The position numbers and the translations under genes were made by a program. A DNA stretch of 64,000 nucleotides from Azolla caroliniana (Eukaryota; Plantae; Polypodiophyta): positions 16,182,001 through 16,246,000 of the forward strand of contig JBHGNT010000002.1 of assembly GCA_043228905.1 (NCBI GenBank), read 5' to 3'. Of the stretch, positions 61,483 through 64,000 are shown piece by piece (positions within the stretch are counted from its first letter, which is position 1; every line of letters begins with the position of its first letter). The notes beneath the pieces are model-generated. The model had not been told where the DNA came from. It ran no database searches and was given only the letters and a program-made list of their open reading frames with translations.

Positions 61483-64000
61483 TGTTGAGAATTGAACTCA
61501 ACTTCCCATAAGGATAGTGTTCACACTAGTTAGTGGACAACTTACTAGGATAGATTTGTAATTAGTAGAAAGGGAATTTGCCCTAGAATACTTGGTATTT
61601 AAACCAACCTTTTGTAACTAAGTAACTGTTGGATGTAATATACAGATTTCTTGTTTAGAGCTCTCTCTCTTTCTCTATGTTGCATCACGTGCACACACAC
61701 ACTCACACACAAAGCTTACTTTCGTTGCATAACACCCTCTACACCTTTCTTTCTTGACATGGTATTGGATCGCGTGGTAGCTTGATCCAAGTCCATCACC
61801 TTTACGTATGTTGTGCTTAGGCTCATATTCAGAGAGAACCGACTGATTGCTATAGCAACGATCTGCACAGTTCGCATCAAGAGTAGAAGAAGTTTGATAG
61901 TGAACACTCAGATGGGAAACGCTCTTCCCACCGAGAAACTCGATAGAACAACCTTCGCATCTTGGGAGTACAAGTTGCATCTGTACCTTGTCGGACAAGG
62001 TTACTAGAGCTACATCGAGGGAGCTCAGGAAACACAAACCAACCCAACACACGCCAACTACCTAGCGTGGGAGCAGGCCGCGAGCCGCGTGTTTTACTGC
62101 CTTGCGTCATGCGTTCATGACCACATGCTTGGCTATATTCAAGATTCGAAAACACCGAAAGAAGCTTGGGGAAACCTCAAGAAGATTTTTGCGGCCAATA
62201 GGGCTGCACGAAAGCTCCAACTTCGACAGGAGCTATACAACATGCAACAGAGGGATATGTCGATCACCGACTATACCTTGAAGATCAAGGAGTTGTGTGA
62301 CGCCCTCGAATCGATCAATGTCATCATCAATGATGAAGAAATGGTGCAAATATGCCACGGCGGCTTAGCACCACGATTCAACACGATTAGACCGGCCATT
62401 CTTGCAAGGGAGAACCCACCTTCCTTTTTCGACCTTCAATCGATATTATTGGTGGAAGAAAACCATGCCTGACAAAGGAGCAATGCATTAGATGGCCAGA
62501 TGCTCTACTCTCAGTCGGATGATAGAAGAGGATTCGACCGAGGAAATAGAGGTCGATTTGGCCGAGGGCGACAGGGTTAGTCGACTGGAGAACGCAACTC
62601 TCACCAATGGCAAGACGATAGGAGAAATGCTAGAGAGTTCGGCAAAAGGGGGAGCTATCCTGCCGGACCGAGCAATTGTAACAACCCGATCAAATTTGGG
62701 TACTGTGGAAAACTCGGTCATTATGAAAAGGAGTGCCGAAAAAAGATATGAGACTCGACTTCGACTAGCCGACAACTCACTAACTACGCATCAAATTCTG
62801 ACTACAACGATCAAGGCAGAATGTTTATGATGAGGCACAAAGCACATTTGATGTCTACACAAGCTTCGACTATCACGTCTTCTTCAGACAACGTATGGTT
62901 TGTCGACTCGGGAGCATCCAGTCATATGACGTCCCACGAAGATTGGTTTCGAGAACTACGAAAGTCGGCTATGTCGAAACCAGCTATGACACAACTCACT
63001 CGATTCGGCATATCGGAAACATCCCATTCGGGAACGATGGCAAACAAACCTATCTCAAAAACTTCTTGCATGTCCCAACCATCACGAAAAACCTGGTTTC
63101 GGTTAGCCAGATTGTCGAACAAGGTATACAAGTACGATTCAATAATGAAGGGTGCTTCATCGAAAAAGACGATCAAATCTTAGCTCACGGTCATCGAGAA
63201 GGCCGAATGTTCATCCTCGAATCGGAAGAGGTGAAATCGGCTATGTTCGCGAAAGGCGTCAAAGTCGAAACCGACTTGAAACTGTGGCACAAGAGAATCG
63301 ACCACATCAATCTCCAAAAGCTCCAGAACATGCAATCGAAAGGAGTCATAATTGGAATTCTGAACTTTATGGATAGAGAGATTACGAGCATATGCGAAGC
63401 ATGCCAGTTCAGAAAACAACGTTGACATGCATTCCCGAAAGAGAGGAATGTGAGCAACGGGATCCTAGATGTAGTACATTTAGATGTGTGGGAACCAGTC
63501 CAGACGGCAACATTCGGTGGTTGCCGATACTATATCACATTCATCGACGACTTCTCTAGGCACACCTAGATCTAACCAATGAGATAGAAGAGTGAAGTGT
63601 TTGGCCACTTCCAAAGGTTCAAAAATGAAGTCGAAAAAGCCACGGGTCGACACGTACACTGCCTTCAATCGAATGGAGGCAAAGAATATTTTTCGGATGA
63701 GTTTACGACATATCTCCGAAATGAAGGAATACGACGAGAATTCTTGTGCCGACACACACCTCAACAAAACGAAGAAGCCAAACAAAAGAATCGGCACATA
63801 GTAGAGGTGGCAAGGGCCATGATGAACGAGAAGAAACTACCAAAATCGTACTGAGCAGAAGTGGCTAACATAGCCATCTACCTCATGAGCATGTGTAAAA
63901 CCTCAGGGGTACATGACGTCACCCCTCATGAGAAGTTTTTCGAAAAGAAGCCGGATCTATCACAGGTTCGGATATTTGGCTCAATCGTCTATGTACATAT
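61483..64000 (+). mobile_element. Ty1/copia element H (B-related), 5' part; runs off the window
   Basis: 5' LTR 61483-61759 (TGTTGAGAAT like B); degenerate PBS TGGTATTGGATC at 61760; gag, protease WFVDSGAS and integrase remnants. Confidence 0.9.

Overview
Eukaryotic (land-plant, probably fern/seed-free plant) genomic DNA. Most of the window is nested, decayed LTR retrotransposons: at least nine Ty1/copia copies or fragments, four Ty3/gypsy copies and two solo LTRs. There is also an interrupted L1-like LINE. These surround a small gene island with two convergent intron-containing genes: a DUF1639 gene (+, 37650-39850) and RanBP1 (-, 42151-44755). LTR ends, PBS/PPT sites and 5-bp TSDs allow the nesting order to be reconstructed. 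Most notable observations: (1) degenerate tRNA-like A-box/B-box modules near the outer U3 end of three different LTRs, antisense to the element; (2) an 11.5-kb block that looks like an inverted copia autointegration product captured inside a LINE by microhomology; (3) a GGAUUUU -1 frameshift site with a predicted pseudoknot between protease and RT; (4) a Tf1-like self-priming PBS; (5) a gag-protease-only element primed by tRNA-Trp; (6) a ~1000-codon extra ORF downstream of a gypsy pol. Everything was read by eye; no database searches were run.
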